Below are positions 20,046 to 28,956 of a stretch of DNA of 64,000 nt, one piece after another. The position numbers and the translations under genes were made by a program. The notes beneath the pieces were generated by a model that was not told where the DNA came from, searched no databases, and saw nothing but the letters and a program-made list of their open reading frames with translations. The stretch comes from Candidatus Eiseniibacteriota bacterium. GTDB lineage: Bacteria > Eisenbacteria > RBG-16-71-46 > CAZAMP01. The stretch is taken from positions 1,184,001-1,248,000 of the forward strand of contig OZ245046.1 of assembly GCA_965224245.1 (NCBI GenBank). Direction: 5' to 3'. How positions within the stretch are numbered: position 1 is the first letter of the stretch; each line of letters starts with the position of its first letter.

Positions 20046-20894
20046 GTGTTTGCATCCGCAGCTCGCGCAGCGGTGGTGACCGCGATGGGAATTGCGGTGG
20101 CCGGCCCCGGGGTCGCCATGCCCACGTCGATCACCGACACGACGGCGGGTACCGCCACAAACGACGGCACGATCGGCGGCGGTGAGTACGTGGGCTCGTC
20201 GCTGGGCATCAACTCCGGCTTCGGGAACGTGATCGGAGATCTCTCCGAGCTGTTCATCGATTCCGACACCGGCGGTGCGGTCAACCTCGGCCTGCGCACC
20301 GGTGGCGGCGGTCTGTTCGACGCCGTCGTCATCTATCTCGACGTCACACCCGGCGGGTTCGGCGACACGACCCCGTTCGACGACATTGCCGACGGCCTGC
20401 GCCGCGCAATCTCCGCGACAGACGGTACGAACCGCTCGGACATCACGTTCGCGCCGGGTTTCGAGGCCGACTACGCGATCGGAATCGAGCAGAACTTCGC
20501 GGGTGTCTGGAGCCTCGTCGGGGGAGGGAGCCACACGTTCCTGACCTCGGCCAACCTGACCCCGACCGGGAACCCGAGCGCCGGCGAGTTCGAGATCGAC
20601 TTCGACCTGTCGACCATCGGCCTGTCACCCGGCGACTCGTTCGACTACGTCGTGACGTACTTGAACTCCGGCAACGCGTTCCGGTCCGACGAGTTCCACG
20701 GCGTGGCCTCGTCGACGGTCCCGCCGGGTAACCCGGGCCAGAACCCGACGACGCTGGCGTCGGGCGACTTCAACACGTTCACGTCCGTCGCACCGTCGGA
20801 CGGTGTCCGCGCACCGGCAATGGCGCCGGTGACCGTGCTCCTGGTCACGGGGGCGATGGGGCTGGCCGCGCGCCGGCGCCTCCGCCGCCGCTAG
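20046..20894 (+). CDS. Secreted protein with C-terminal TM + poly-Arg sorting tail (IPTL/PEP-CTERM-like)
   Basis: GAGGAGG RBS before GTG 20046; signal peptide; ends APAMAPVTVLLVTGAMGLAARRRLRRR. Confidence 0.75.
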   Translation: MFASAARAAVVTAMGIAVAGPGVAMPTSITDTTAGTATNDGTIGGGEYVGSSLGINSGFGNVIGDLSELFIDSDTGGAVNLGLRTGGGGLFDAVVIYLDVTPGGFGDTTPFDDIADGLRRAISATDGTNRSDITFAPGFEADYAIGIEQNFAGVWSLVGGGSHTFLTSANLTPTGNPSAGEFEIDFDLSTIGLSPGDSFDYVVTYLNSGNAFRSDEFHGVASSTVPPGNPGQNPTTLASGDFNTFTSVAPSDGVRAPAMAPVTVLLVTGAMGLAARRRLRRR

Positions 20895-20920
20895 GCGAAC
20901 GTCCCGATATCACACGAACG

Positions 20921-20959
20921 GGGCCGGCGTCACCCTCGGTGGCGCCGGCCCTTCGTCTT
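20921..20959 (+). terminator. Intrinsic terminator hairpin between convergent genes
   Basis: gggccggcgtcacc-ctc-ggtggcgccggccc 14-bp stem followed by ttcgtctt. Confidence 0.7.
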
Positions 20960-21074
20960 GCACGGTCCTCGGTGTTTCGTGGACACGACGTCGTCCGGAC
21001 GCGGGCCTCCGGCGGGTCTGACGGGGGACCGGTGGTGGAGCGCATCGCCAACCGGTCGAGCCGACCCGGATCGG

Positions 21075-22988
21075 CTAGCGGGACACGACGAACTTGCCCG
21101 ATGCGATCGACGTGCCGTTCGCCGTGATCTTGTACACGTAGACCCCCGGCGTCACCGCGACGTCTCCATCGGTCCGTCCGTTCCATCCGATGATGCCCGA
21201 GCCGCCGCCCGCGTTCACGCGGCTGTGGTGGACGAGCCGGCCCGACGGCTCGAAGACCGACATCTCGAGCGTCGCCGCCTCATCCAGCGAGTACGGCACG
21301 GTGAACAGGGCTCGGCTCGGATTGGGATACGGCGCACCGAGGGTGATGTCCGGCGCCCCGCCGGCGGTCGGCGTCGAGAGCGCGCCCCGCTCGTAGGTGA
21401 CGACCTGATCCGCCGCGACGTCCGAGTGGGACTCGACGAACCCGTCCGCCCAGTGGATCTCGAGCGTCGTGACGAGGGTCTCGGCACCGAGGCCGAAATG
21501 CACCTCGGACGGCGTGCCGACCAGGTAGCTGTCACCGTGAACGATGTCACGCCGTTTCGTGACCCCACCGATCGTGGCATACACGCGGGCGCCGACGGCC
21601 TTGGCGTCGGGCTTCAGGCGTACCTCGAGCCAGTGCCCCTGGTTTAGCGTGATGTTCTCGTACAGACGGACGGTATCGTCGATGTTCGTGGTCAAGATGT
21701 CGAGATCCCCGTCCCGGTCGAAGTCGAACGTCACGAGTCCGCGGCCGTCGTCTTTCTGCTGGAGTCCCGTGAAGAGTGCACGGGTGAAGTTGCCGCTGCC
21801 GTCGTTCACGAGTAGCACCGTCGGCGTGTCGTAGATGGGGGAGAACTCGTCCTCCAGTGCGAGGATCATGTCCTCCATGCCGGTGGCCGCGACGAGATCC
21901 ACGTCGCCGTCGTTCTCGGCGTCGAACCACTCAACACCCCAGCCCCAGTACGTGTCGTGCACGCCGTGGGCGAGGGCCTCGTCCTCGAACCAGACCGTTC
22001 CGCCCATCTCGGCCGTCTTGTTGACGTACAGGCAGTTGTACTGCGTGCTCCCGAACGCACCGGAAGGATCCGTGATGTTCGTGGTGTAGATGTCGAGGTC
22101 GCCGTCATCGTCGAAGTCGCACGCGGTGGCGCCCATGTCGTTCCCGAAGTGGTCGAGCTGGACGTCGTCGGTTCCGATGACGAAGGTGCCGGCTTCGTTC
22201 CACCAGTAGACGTCGTCTCGGTTGTCGATGGCCTGGTAGAGGTCGAAGTCTCCATCGTCGTCGAAGTCGGAGAAGATCGCCGAGAAGCAGTCGCGTGTGT
22301 ACTCGCCGAATCCCGCCGCCACCGAGACGTCCTGGAAGATCATCCCGCCCTGGTTCTCGTGAAGGGTGTTGTATCCCGGGAACGCGGGAGGACCGAAGAG
22401 CCCGTAGAGAATCCACACGGTGGCGTAGATGTCGAGCTGACCATCGAGGTTGTAATCGGTGATCGCGGTGCCGCAGTGGAGGTACCCCACCGGCGCGAAT
22501 CCCGATCCGGTGGTGACGTCGTTGAAGACGCCGTCGTCGTTCCGGTAGATCACACTCGTGGCCGTGCCACCGCCCTCGCCGAACGAATCGTTCACGAGCA
22601 GGAGATCGAGGTCGTCGTCGTCGTCTAGATCGACGAAGTGGGCCGAGCGAGACATGTCGGTGTTCGCGAGCGCCGGCGTGGTCACGTCCACGAAGGTCTT
22701 GGTCCCGAGGTCGAGCTCGTTTCGATAGAGCTTGTTCGCGGAACCGAGCTGCCCGCAGAAATAGATGTCGAGGTCGCCGTCGTCGTCGTAGTCGCCGACG
22801 GCCGCGCCGTTGCCCATGGTCTGGACCATCAGCTCCTTGAGACCGCTCTCGCCCGGGATGTCGGCCGGTACGACGTTCGTGAACGAGATTCCGGCGCTCG
22901 GGGTGATGTCCGTGAACAGCGGTGCGGCAGTCAGCCCGCCGGCCGCGCAGACCGACAGGACGGTGACCGTTGATGCGATGCGTCTCAT
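21075..22988 (-). CDS. CRTAC1-like FG-GAP + ASPIC/UnbV protein with T9SS-like CTD
   Basis: Repeated D(Y/F)DDDGDLDIY; GHWLEVRL..AVGARV; EVHFGLG..LEIHWADG (UnbV); CTD YPNP. Confidence 0.88.
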   Translation of the reverse strand: MRRIASTVTVLSVCAAGGLTAAPLFTDITPSAGISFTNVVPADIPGESGLKELMVQTMGNGAAVGDYDDDGDLDIYFCGQLGSANKLYRNELDLGTKTFVDVTTPALANTDMSRSAHFVDLDDDDDLDLLLVNDSFGEGGGTATSVIYRNDDGVFNDVTTGSGFAPVGYLHCGTAITDYNLDGQLDIYATVWILYGLFGPPAFPGYNTLHENQGGMIFQDVSVAAGFGEYTRDCFSAIFSDFDDDGDFDLYQAIDNRDDVYWWNEAGTFVIGTDDVQLDHFGNDMGATACDFDDDGDLDIYTTNITDPSGAFGSTQYNCLYVNKTAEMGGTVWFEDEALAHGVHDTYWGWGVEWFDAENDGDVDLVAATGMEDMILALEDEFSPIYDTPTVLLVNDGSGNFTRALFTGLQQKDDGRGLVTFDFDRDGDLDILTTNIDDTVRLYENITLNQGHWLEVRLKPDAKAVGARVYATIGGVTKRRDIVHGDSYLVGTPSEVHFGLGAETLVTTLEIHWADGFVESHSDVAADQVVTYERGALSTPTAGGAPDITLGAPYPNPSRALFTVPYSLDEAATLEMSVFEPSGRLVHHSRVNAGGGSGIIGWNGRTDGDVAVTPGVYVYKITANGTSIASGKFVVSR

Positions 22989-23550
22989 GCGAATCCCCCT
23001 GGGGCGCGACCGCCGTGCCGGCGTCCTGGCGGCTCTCCCCTTCCGAAACGTGGCGTTTTGCAGTGGTGTGACCGGGTGAATCGTACAGTGGATGATCGCG
23101 CCGGGGCAACCGGCTGCGATCAGCCGCCGGCGCCACGAATGGAACGCGCGTTAGAGCGCATGCGAGCGAGTTCGAGCACGACTCCGATCCCGATCGCCGA
23201 TCCCGCGGGCGGGAGCACGCGACGCGCCGTCGAGCGGCATCCGCGATCCGTGTGCGACACGTCCTCGCGCGAAACCGTGTGCCCGCACGCGCGTGTCGGA
23301 TCGAGGCTCCGTCGCCACCGGGCGTCGGGCGTCCCCGCGGGCGATCCTCGTCCGAGCGCGCCGGAAAGTGGGTGACGTGGCGGTGCGATCCGGCTCCACG
23401 GATGCTCCCCGCTCGGGGGCGGGGCGGTGAGGCGGCCTTCTACGTGACGAGCTGCGCGACGGGGCGATCACGACGATCGAGGGCCGGTGGGGGGAGCGTC
23501 GAGGCACCTGCCGTCGGGGCCCGTCGTACGGCGCGGTGAGCGATAAAAAA

Positions 23551-23589
23551 ATCAATTCAGACATTGATAAAATCAATAATACAATTGAT
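23551..23589. promoter_or_regulatory. Two tandem ATCAAT-N6-ATTGAT palindromes, putative operator
   Basis: Copies at 23551-23568 and 23572-23589, 21-bp period, in a sharply AT-rich island just upstream of DUF2089. Confidence 0.7.
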
Positions 23590-23614
23590 TATTATGTCAA
23601 CGGGGAGGTGTCGG

Positions 23615-23965
23615 ATGGACGTTTCACAATCCAGATGTTCGAGCTGCGGACGCCCGATGGAGGTGACTCGGTTCTCCTGCGACCGGTGTGACGTCACGGT
23701 CGAGGGCCGCTTCGACATCCCGGCGCTCGCCCGCCTGTCGCTCGACGACCAGGTCTTCGTGGTCGCGTTCGTGCGTCACCACGGGTCGATCAAGCAGATG
23801 GAGCGTGTCTTCGGCATCAGCTATCCCACCGTCAAGAACCGTCTCAACGCGATCATTGCCGAGTTGGACAAGAGCTTCGCGGCGCCATCACCCAATCTAC
23901 TCGTGCTCGAACGGCTCGAGCGGGGAGAGATCGGAGTCGACGACGCACTCGACCTGCTCGAATGA
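23615..23965 (+). CDS. DUF2089 family zinc-ribbon/HTH protein
   Basis: GGAGG RBS; CSSCG..M....CDRC; GSIKQME..FGISYPTVKNRL. Confidence 0.9.
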   Translation: MDVSQSRCSSCGRPMEVTRFSCDRCDVTVEGRFDIPALARLSLDDQVFVVAFVRHHGSIKQMERVFGISYPTVKNRLNAIIAELDKSFAAPSPNLLVLERLERGEIGVDDALDLLE

Positions 23966-23978
23966 GAGGAGAGCCCAC

Positions 23979-24434
23979 ATGTCGTTGGAGCGAAAGAAGA
24001 TTCTCGATCTCCTGGCCAGCGGGAAGATCTCGCCAGAGGAGGCCGACCGCCTCTTGGGGCGCCTCGATGCGTCGAGTGGGCGGGGCCCCGGTCCGTCCTC
24101 GCATGCCGGCGACGGGGCCGCGACCTCGGCGCATGCGGTCTCGGTGGTCGCCTCGCCCCAGGGAACTCGGCGACGGCTTCGCTTCCTCCGCATCCTGGTC
24201 ACGGGCTCCCGCGGCGATGTCGTGAACGTCCGGGTGCCGCTGGATCTGGTCAGAGCCGGAGTCAAGCTCACCGCCGCGCTCCCTCAGGAAGCGAAGGACA
24301 AGCTGGCCGCGCGCGGAGTGGATCTGGACCACCTGTGCGGACTCGACGGCGAGAGCCTGATCGACGCCCTTCGCGAGCTCTCGATCGACGTGGACAGCGA
24401 CGACGGCGATACCGTGCGGATCTTCTGCGAGTGA
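23979..24434 (+). CDS. DUF2089-associated SHOCT-like domain protein
   Basis: ERKKILDLLASGKISPEEADRLL; RFLRILV....DVVNVRVPL; DGDTVRIFCE; GAGGAG RBS. Confidence 0.8.
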   Translation: MSLERKKILDLLASGKISPEEADRLLGRLDASSGRGPGPSSHAGDGAATSAHAVSVVASPQGTRRRLRFLRILVTGSRGDVVNVRVPLDLVRAGVKLTAALPQEAKDKLAARGVDLDHLCGLDGESLIDALRELSIDVDSDDGDTVRIFCE

Positions 24435-24486
24435 TGGGGGGAGAGTCGCGGCGCACCGAGAGTGTCGGGACAGACGGTGCCGGAGA

Positions 24487-24520
24487 CCGGCGCGCCGCTC
24501 GGATCCGAGCGGCGCGCCGG
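24487..24520. repeat. Perfect 34-bp palindrome between convergent genes (possible bidirectional terminator or REP-like element)
   Basis: ccggcgcgccgctcgga|tccgagcggcgcgccgg, flanked by gacggt (24473) and accgtc (24523). Confidence 0.75.
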
Positions 24521-24608
24521 AGACCGTCATGTGACGTTCGAGCGCGTTGCCGCGACGGAGCGCGGCTTCACGGTCCGGGCGCGCGGCGTCGCCGCGCGAA
24601 CCGGGGGC

Positions 24609-24875
24609 CTACCAGCGATCGCGCCGTTCGCCGCGCGGCCGGGCCTCGTTGATGTTGAGGTTGCGCCCGTCCATCTGATAGCCGGCGAGCGCCGCGATGG
24701 CAGCATCGGCCGCTGCATCCTCCATCTCGACGAATCCAAAGCCGCGCGGCCGTCCGGTCTCGCGATCCTCGATCAGCGCCACGGACAGGACCGTGCCGTG
24801 CTGCTCGAACAGCGCCCGGACCTCGTCTTCCGTCGCCGAAAAGGGCAGGTTTCCAACGTAGATTCTCTTGGCCAT
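24609..24875 (-). CDS. RNA recognition motif (RRM) RNA-binding protein
   Basis: RNP2 IYVGNL, RNP1 RGFGFVEM, DRETGR, NINEARPR. Confidence 0.95.
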   Translation of the reverse strand: MAKRIYVGNLPFSATEDEVRALFEQHGTVLSVALIEDRETGRPRGFGFVEMEDAAADAAIAALAGYQMDGRNLNINEARPRGERRDRW

Positions 24876-25066
24876 GGATTCGTTCCTTCTCGCCTCAACA
24901 CCGTCGAGGACACCAGAGACCACCCCGCTCTCGCGAACGGAGCATCGCAACCGCGTGTTACGGCGTTCGTGAGTCGGTGGAAGGGAGACTCGTCAGGAAA
25001 GCTCGCGAAGGCCTCTCGAAGTCCGCTGACGCCAACGAACGGCGCACGCCACGCCACACCAAAGAA

Positions 25067-25096
25067 ACGCTAGCGCGGCAGCGGGCGCGCCGTCAA
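25067..25096 (-). promoter_or_regulatory. Putative sigma70 promoter of the RRM gene
   Basis: Minus strand TTGACG-N18-TAGCGT, about 185 nt upstream of the ATG. Confidence 0.45.
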
Positions 25097-25221
25097 GCGT
25101 CAGTTGTGTGAGATCCCGTCGCGCCGGCCCATTCCGGGTATCGATGTTTTGCTATCCAGCAGTCGGCGGAGCGCGGCGAGGTCGGCAGGCCAAGGTGGCA
25201 CCGCACGCTGCACGGAGCCGG

Positions 25222-25695
25222 TCAGCGTCCGTCGTTCCGCGGCTCGTCGAGCGCGTCGGGCACGGACGCCTTCGGGGCCAGCTCCGTGCCCAGTCCGACC
25301 CCCGGAAACCCGACGTTCCGCAGGATGTCGAGCACCTGCACGATCTCACCGTGACGAACACCCGCCTCGGCCTCGAGCATCACGGGGCGATCGGGCGCGG
25401 CGGCGTGTGCGGCGCGCAGCCGGGACTCCAGCTCGGATGCGTCGATGGCCAGGCCGTCCAGCGCGTAGCCGCCGGCCTCGGTCACGACCAGCTCGAGCTG
25501 TCCGCCGGACCCGCCCGGATCCGCGGCGGTGGCGGTCTCCGAGGACGGCAGGCGAAGCTCGAGCTCGCCGAAACGCTTGAAGGTGCCGGTCAGCATGAAG
25601 AAGATGATCAGGAGGAACAGCACGTCGATCAGCGGGGTCACGCTCAGATGGACGGCCTCGCGTCCGCGCCTGGCCCTGAACTCCATCGCGCTCAT
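25222..25695 (-). CDS. exbD: ExbD/TolR biopolymer transport protein
   Basis: VTPLIDVLFLLIIFFML; LEAEAGVRHGEIVQVLD; ATGA overlap with the exbB stop. Confidence 0.9.
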   Translation of the reverse strand: MSAMEFRARRGREAVHLSVTPLIDVLFLLIIFFMLTGTFKRFGELELRLPSSETATAADPGGSGGQLELVVTEAGGYALDGLAIDASELESRLRAAHAAAPDRPVMLEAEAGVRHGEIVQVLDILRNVGFPGVGLGTELAPKASVPDALDEPRNDGR

Positions 25696-26324
25696 CGCGC
25701 GGGCCCCTTCGTGGACGACGCGGCATCGGGGCGCAGTCGCGCGACCAGACGACTCGCGTGCGCCTCGATCTCGGTGATGAGGCTCTCCGCACGCGCGGCC
25801 AGGAGGTTGTACGCGACGAGGGTGGGGATGCCGACGGCCAGCCCGACGGCCGTCGTGATCATCGCTTCGCTGATCCCTTCCGAGAGTGCCCCGGGATCCC
25901 CCAACCCCGAGATCGAGATCGACGCGAAGACCTTGATCATGCCCAGGACGGTGCCCAGGAGCCCCAGGAGCGGGGCGGCCTGGGCAATGGTCTGAAGCCA
26001 CACGAGATGCCGATCCAGCACCGTCGTCTCCTGCCGTCCCGCGTCGAGCACGGCGTCCCGGACGACGTCCCAGGGCTGATGGGCCTGCGTCAGGCCGACG
26101 CACATGATGTCCGAGAACGCACCCGGGTTTCGCCGGCACACGTCGATCGCGACGCTCAGGTCGCGACCGGGTCGGACCGCCTCCACGACCTCGATGATCT
26201 CCCGCCGAAGCACGCGACCGCGGCGGAGCGCCAGGAGCCGTTCGATCGTGATCGTCATGGCCAGAAGGCTGCACGCGGCGAGTGGGTAGATGATCGGACC
26301 GGCCTGTTCCAGGAACTCCAGCAT
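25692..26324 (-). CDS. exbB: MotA/TolQ/ExbB proton channel protein
   Basis: APLLGLLGTVLGMI; GISEAMITTAVGLAVGIP. Confidence 0.92.
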   Translation of the reverse strand: MLEFLEQAGPIIYPLAACSLLAMTITIERLLALRRGRVLRREIIEVVEAVRPGRDLSVAIDVCRRNPGAFSDIMCVGLTQAHQPWDVVRDAVLDAGRQETTVLDRHLVWLQTIAQAAPLLGLLGTVLGMIKVFASISISGLGDPGALSEGISEAMITTAVGLAVGIPTLVAYNLLAARAESLITEIEAHASRLVARLRPDAASSTKGPAR

Positions 26325-26368
26325 CGAAGATCGCTCCTCGTTGAGTGCGCCCGCGCGGTCGCGGTGGG

Positions 26369-27331
26369 TCAGCGGCGAAGATCCGGATAGATCAGCGTGA
26401 TGTCGAGGACCAGCGCGTCCTCGGGGAAATCGGCCGGCAACGGTGGAAACGGGCTGGCGGCCTCGAACGCGCGCACGCTCGCGTTACGAAGCTCGCGGTG
26501 CCCTTCCTCGTCGATCACGGCGAGCTCGAGCATCTGGCCGCTCGGCGCGATGCGGACCCGAACCCGCGTCCACCCGTGAATGAGCCCGTACAGGTGGCCC
26601 GAAGGTGACAGCCAGCGCGGCATGAAGTCGCGCCGGAACTGCCGCATCCACTCACCCCATGCCCAGCGCGTCGTGTTGAGACTGATGTCGCCGGCGAGAC
26701 GGACGCTCCCGGCCGGGTTCGACACCGAGGCCTGTCTGAGATCACCCGGTGCGATCGGATGCACGATCTCGTCCTCGAGCGAGCGAGCAGGTGCGGACGC
26801 GGTCGGCGTGGCGACCGGAGCGGCGCGAGAGCCGGGCTGATCGACCGCGACGGCGTCACGTGGCACCGGAGTGGAGGTCACGTCCGCCTCGGCGGTCTCG
26901 GTCTCCGGCTCGTCGTCCGGCTCCTCGAGGGGCGGGGTGACGGCGTCGGGAGAGCCGTCGGAGATCTCGACCTGGGCGATCTCGGCGAGTCCGTCAGACT
27001 CGGGCACGACGTCGTCGTCGGTGTGGTCGGAGTGGTCGCGGGCGCGACTGTCGACGTTGCTCAGGAAGTCGGCCCGTTCCGGCGGCTCGTCCGCGCGATC
27101 CTCGGGCAGCTCGGTGAACGTCGCGGGCTCGGCCGCCGGGAGCGGCTCCGGCGCGAACACGAGGCGGATCGGGTCGGGGGCGGCGTCGGCGAGCGGGGTC
27201 GGCGACAACGGATCGATCGCGACGATCGCGCCGATGACGAGCGCGTGGGCGAGCAACGTGGCCGCGAAGGCCGCGGCCCACATGCGTGTCCGCGTCTCCC
27301 GTCTCCCGATGCCGCCCAAGACCCCTCCCAT
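26369..27331 (-). CDS. TonB/TolA-like energy transducer
   Basis: TM helix with ATLLAH, Pro/acidic linker, TonB_2-like C-terminus (IAPSGQ..G...L.NASVRAFEAASPFPPLP); upstream of exbBD. Start codon uncertain. Confidence 0.75.
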   Translation of the reverse strand: MGGVLGGIGRRETRTRMWAAAFAATLLAHALVIGAIVAIDPLSPTPLADAAPDPIRLVFAPEPLPAAEPATFTELPEDRADEPPERADFLSNVDSRARDHSDHTDDDVVPESDGLAEIAQVEISDGSPDAVTPPLEEPDDEPETETAEADVTSTPVPRDAVAVDQPGSRAAPVATPTASAPARSLEDEIVHPIAPGDLRQASVSNPAGSVRLAGDISLNTTRWAWGEWMRQFRRDFMPRWLSPSGHLYGLIHGWTRVRVRIAPSGQMLELAVIDEEGHRELRNASVRAFEAASPFPPLPADFPEDALVLDITLIYPDLRR

Positions 27332-27843
27332 GTGTGACCCACGACCGGCGCCGCGTCTCCCTCGTCACACCGCGCATGTGGCACGAGTGTGGCAACGTCG
27401 AGACAGAGTGCGTTACGCCGGGGCCGACGTGCAACGTCGCGATGTCCGGCGGCGAGTGGGAAGCGCTCACGACGGGCGAGCGTCCCTCGCCAGATGGCCG
27501 TCCGCGGTGCGTGTCGTGAACCCCGGCCGTCGGTCCGAGGTTTCGCCGCTCCGCGCGGGGCTCGGGCCGGCCGCCGCCACCGGCCCCCAGGATGTCCGCA
27601 AGTGCCTCGACGTGAAGCATGGTAGTCTCGTTCGACTTCGTGACGACCGGCCGGGCACGCGACCCGCCACGGCGTCTGCCGAGAGCTCGGCTACGGTCAG
27701 GGCGAGGCGACCCGGATCCGACGGCCTCGTCCGGAGCCAGGAGGGCACCGAACGTGACGCATCCACGCGACCGCGAGAGACGCGCTCGTCGCGAGACGGG
27801 GCTCGCCTCCAGCATCCGTTCGATCCCGACCGGAGGTGACTGA

Positions 27844-28425
27844 GTGTCGAGCCGATCCGAGGTCACCAGGATCCTGACGTCGCTCGCCCGTGGGGAAGCC
27901 CCCGTCGGCGCCGACGAGAAGCTCATGGATCTCGTGTACGTCGAGCTGCGCCGCATGGCGGCGGGGTTCCTCCGGCGCGAGCGAGAGGGACACACGCTCC
28001 AGCCGACCGCGCTGGTGAACGAGGTGTACCTCAAGCTCGTGGACCCGGGCCAGTCGACGTGGGCCGACCGGGCGCACTTCATGCGGGTCGCCGCGCGGGC
28101 GATGCGTCAGATCTTGATCGACCACGCACGTCGCAAGCGGGCGGCTCGCCGCGGTGGCGACTGGCAGCGCGTCACGTTCGACGAGGCCGTGGGGCTCGCG
28201 GTGAACGACGCCGACGAGCTGATCGCGCTCAACGACGCCCTCGAGGCGTTCGCGGAGCTCGATCCACGCGCCGCGAAGGTCGTCGAGCTGCGAGTGTTCG
28301 GCGGCATGACGGTCAAGGAGGCGGCCGAGGTGCTCGAGGTGTCGCCTCGCACCGTGGACGGCGACTGGGCGATGGCGCTGGCCTGGCTGGGGCGCGAGCT
28401 GAGCGGCGACGACGCGACGTCCTGA
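27844..28425 (+). CDS. ECF sigma-70 factor of the TIGR02999-like, Ser/Thr-kinase-associated type
   Basis: GGAGG RBS; EVTRIL, VYVELRRMA, HTLQPTALVNEVY, HF..AARAMRQILIDHAR, VELRVFGG.T..E.A, RTV..DW.MALAWL. Confidence 0.92.
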   Translation: MSSRSEVTRILTSLARGEAPVGADEKLMDLVYVELRRMAAGFLRREREGHTLQPTALVNEVYLKLVDPGQSTWADRAHFMRVAARAMRQILIDHARRKRAARRGGDWQRVTFDEAVGLAVNDADELIALNDALEAFAELDPRAAKVVELRVFGGMTVKEAAEVLEVSPRTVDGDWAMALAWLGRELSGDDATS

Positions 28426-28474
28426 CGTGCGTTCGCGGGCCGCCCGGGGCCGGATCGACATCGTCACCCGCCTC

Positions 28475-28687
28475 TCACCGCCGTCGGAGCGCACTCCGAA
28501 CGCTCTCGATCCAGTCGCGATCTCGAATGAGACGCGGTGGCGGCTGCTCGAGCAGCGCCTCGACGTCCCGCCGGAGGGCGGCGTCCCGGCCGCACTCGCG
28601 TTCGAGGAACGCCGCGCGTTCGGTCGGGGCGATCGCGAGAGCGTCGAGCAGAACTCGCTTGAGCCGCCGGTATCGCAGTACGTGCAT
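28475..28687 (-). CDS. 70-aa protein resembling the N-terminal module of ECF-associated Ser/Thr kinases, stand-alone
   Basis: GAGAGGG upstream of ATG; RYRRLKRVLLDALAIAPTERAAFLERECGRDAALRRDVEALL. Confidence 0.7.
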   Translation of the reverse strand: MHVLRYRRLKRVLLDALAIAPTERAAFLERECGRDAALRRDVEALLEQPPPRLIRDRDWIESVRSALRRR

Positions 28688-28956
28688 CGGAGCCCTCTCG
28701 GGTCTCGTTGGACTCGTCGTGATGTCGAGCGAAGTCTGTACCCTGGAAAGCGTGTCCGGACGCCGAAACACGCAGTGCGCGCCCCAAAAGTGGGGAGCCA
28801 CGTCGTGACGTCACGCCGGGACCGCGGTACAGTGCGCCGACGGTGCGCGACCGGCGACCCGAGCTCGCCCGGGTCGCCCACGTCGGACCGACGGTGAGTA
28901 GCTCGAAGCCGCGTTCGCCCGGCTCGGAGTGCGTTCATTCAGACAGGAGACCCGCG

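Noticed and set aside
22989-23540. Long intergenic gaps here and at 27332-27843 as hidden genes or ncRNAs
   Set aside because: No convincing ORF, tRNA cloverleaf or known RNA motif could be recognised by eye.
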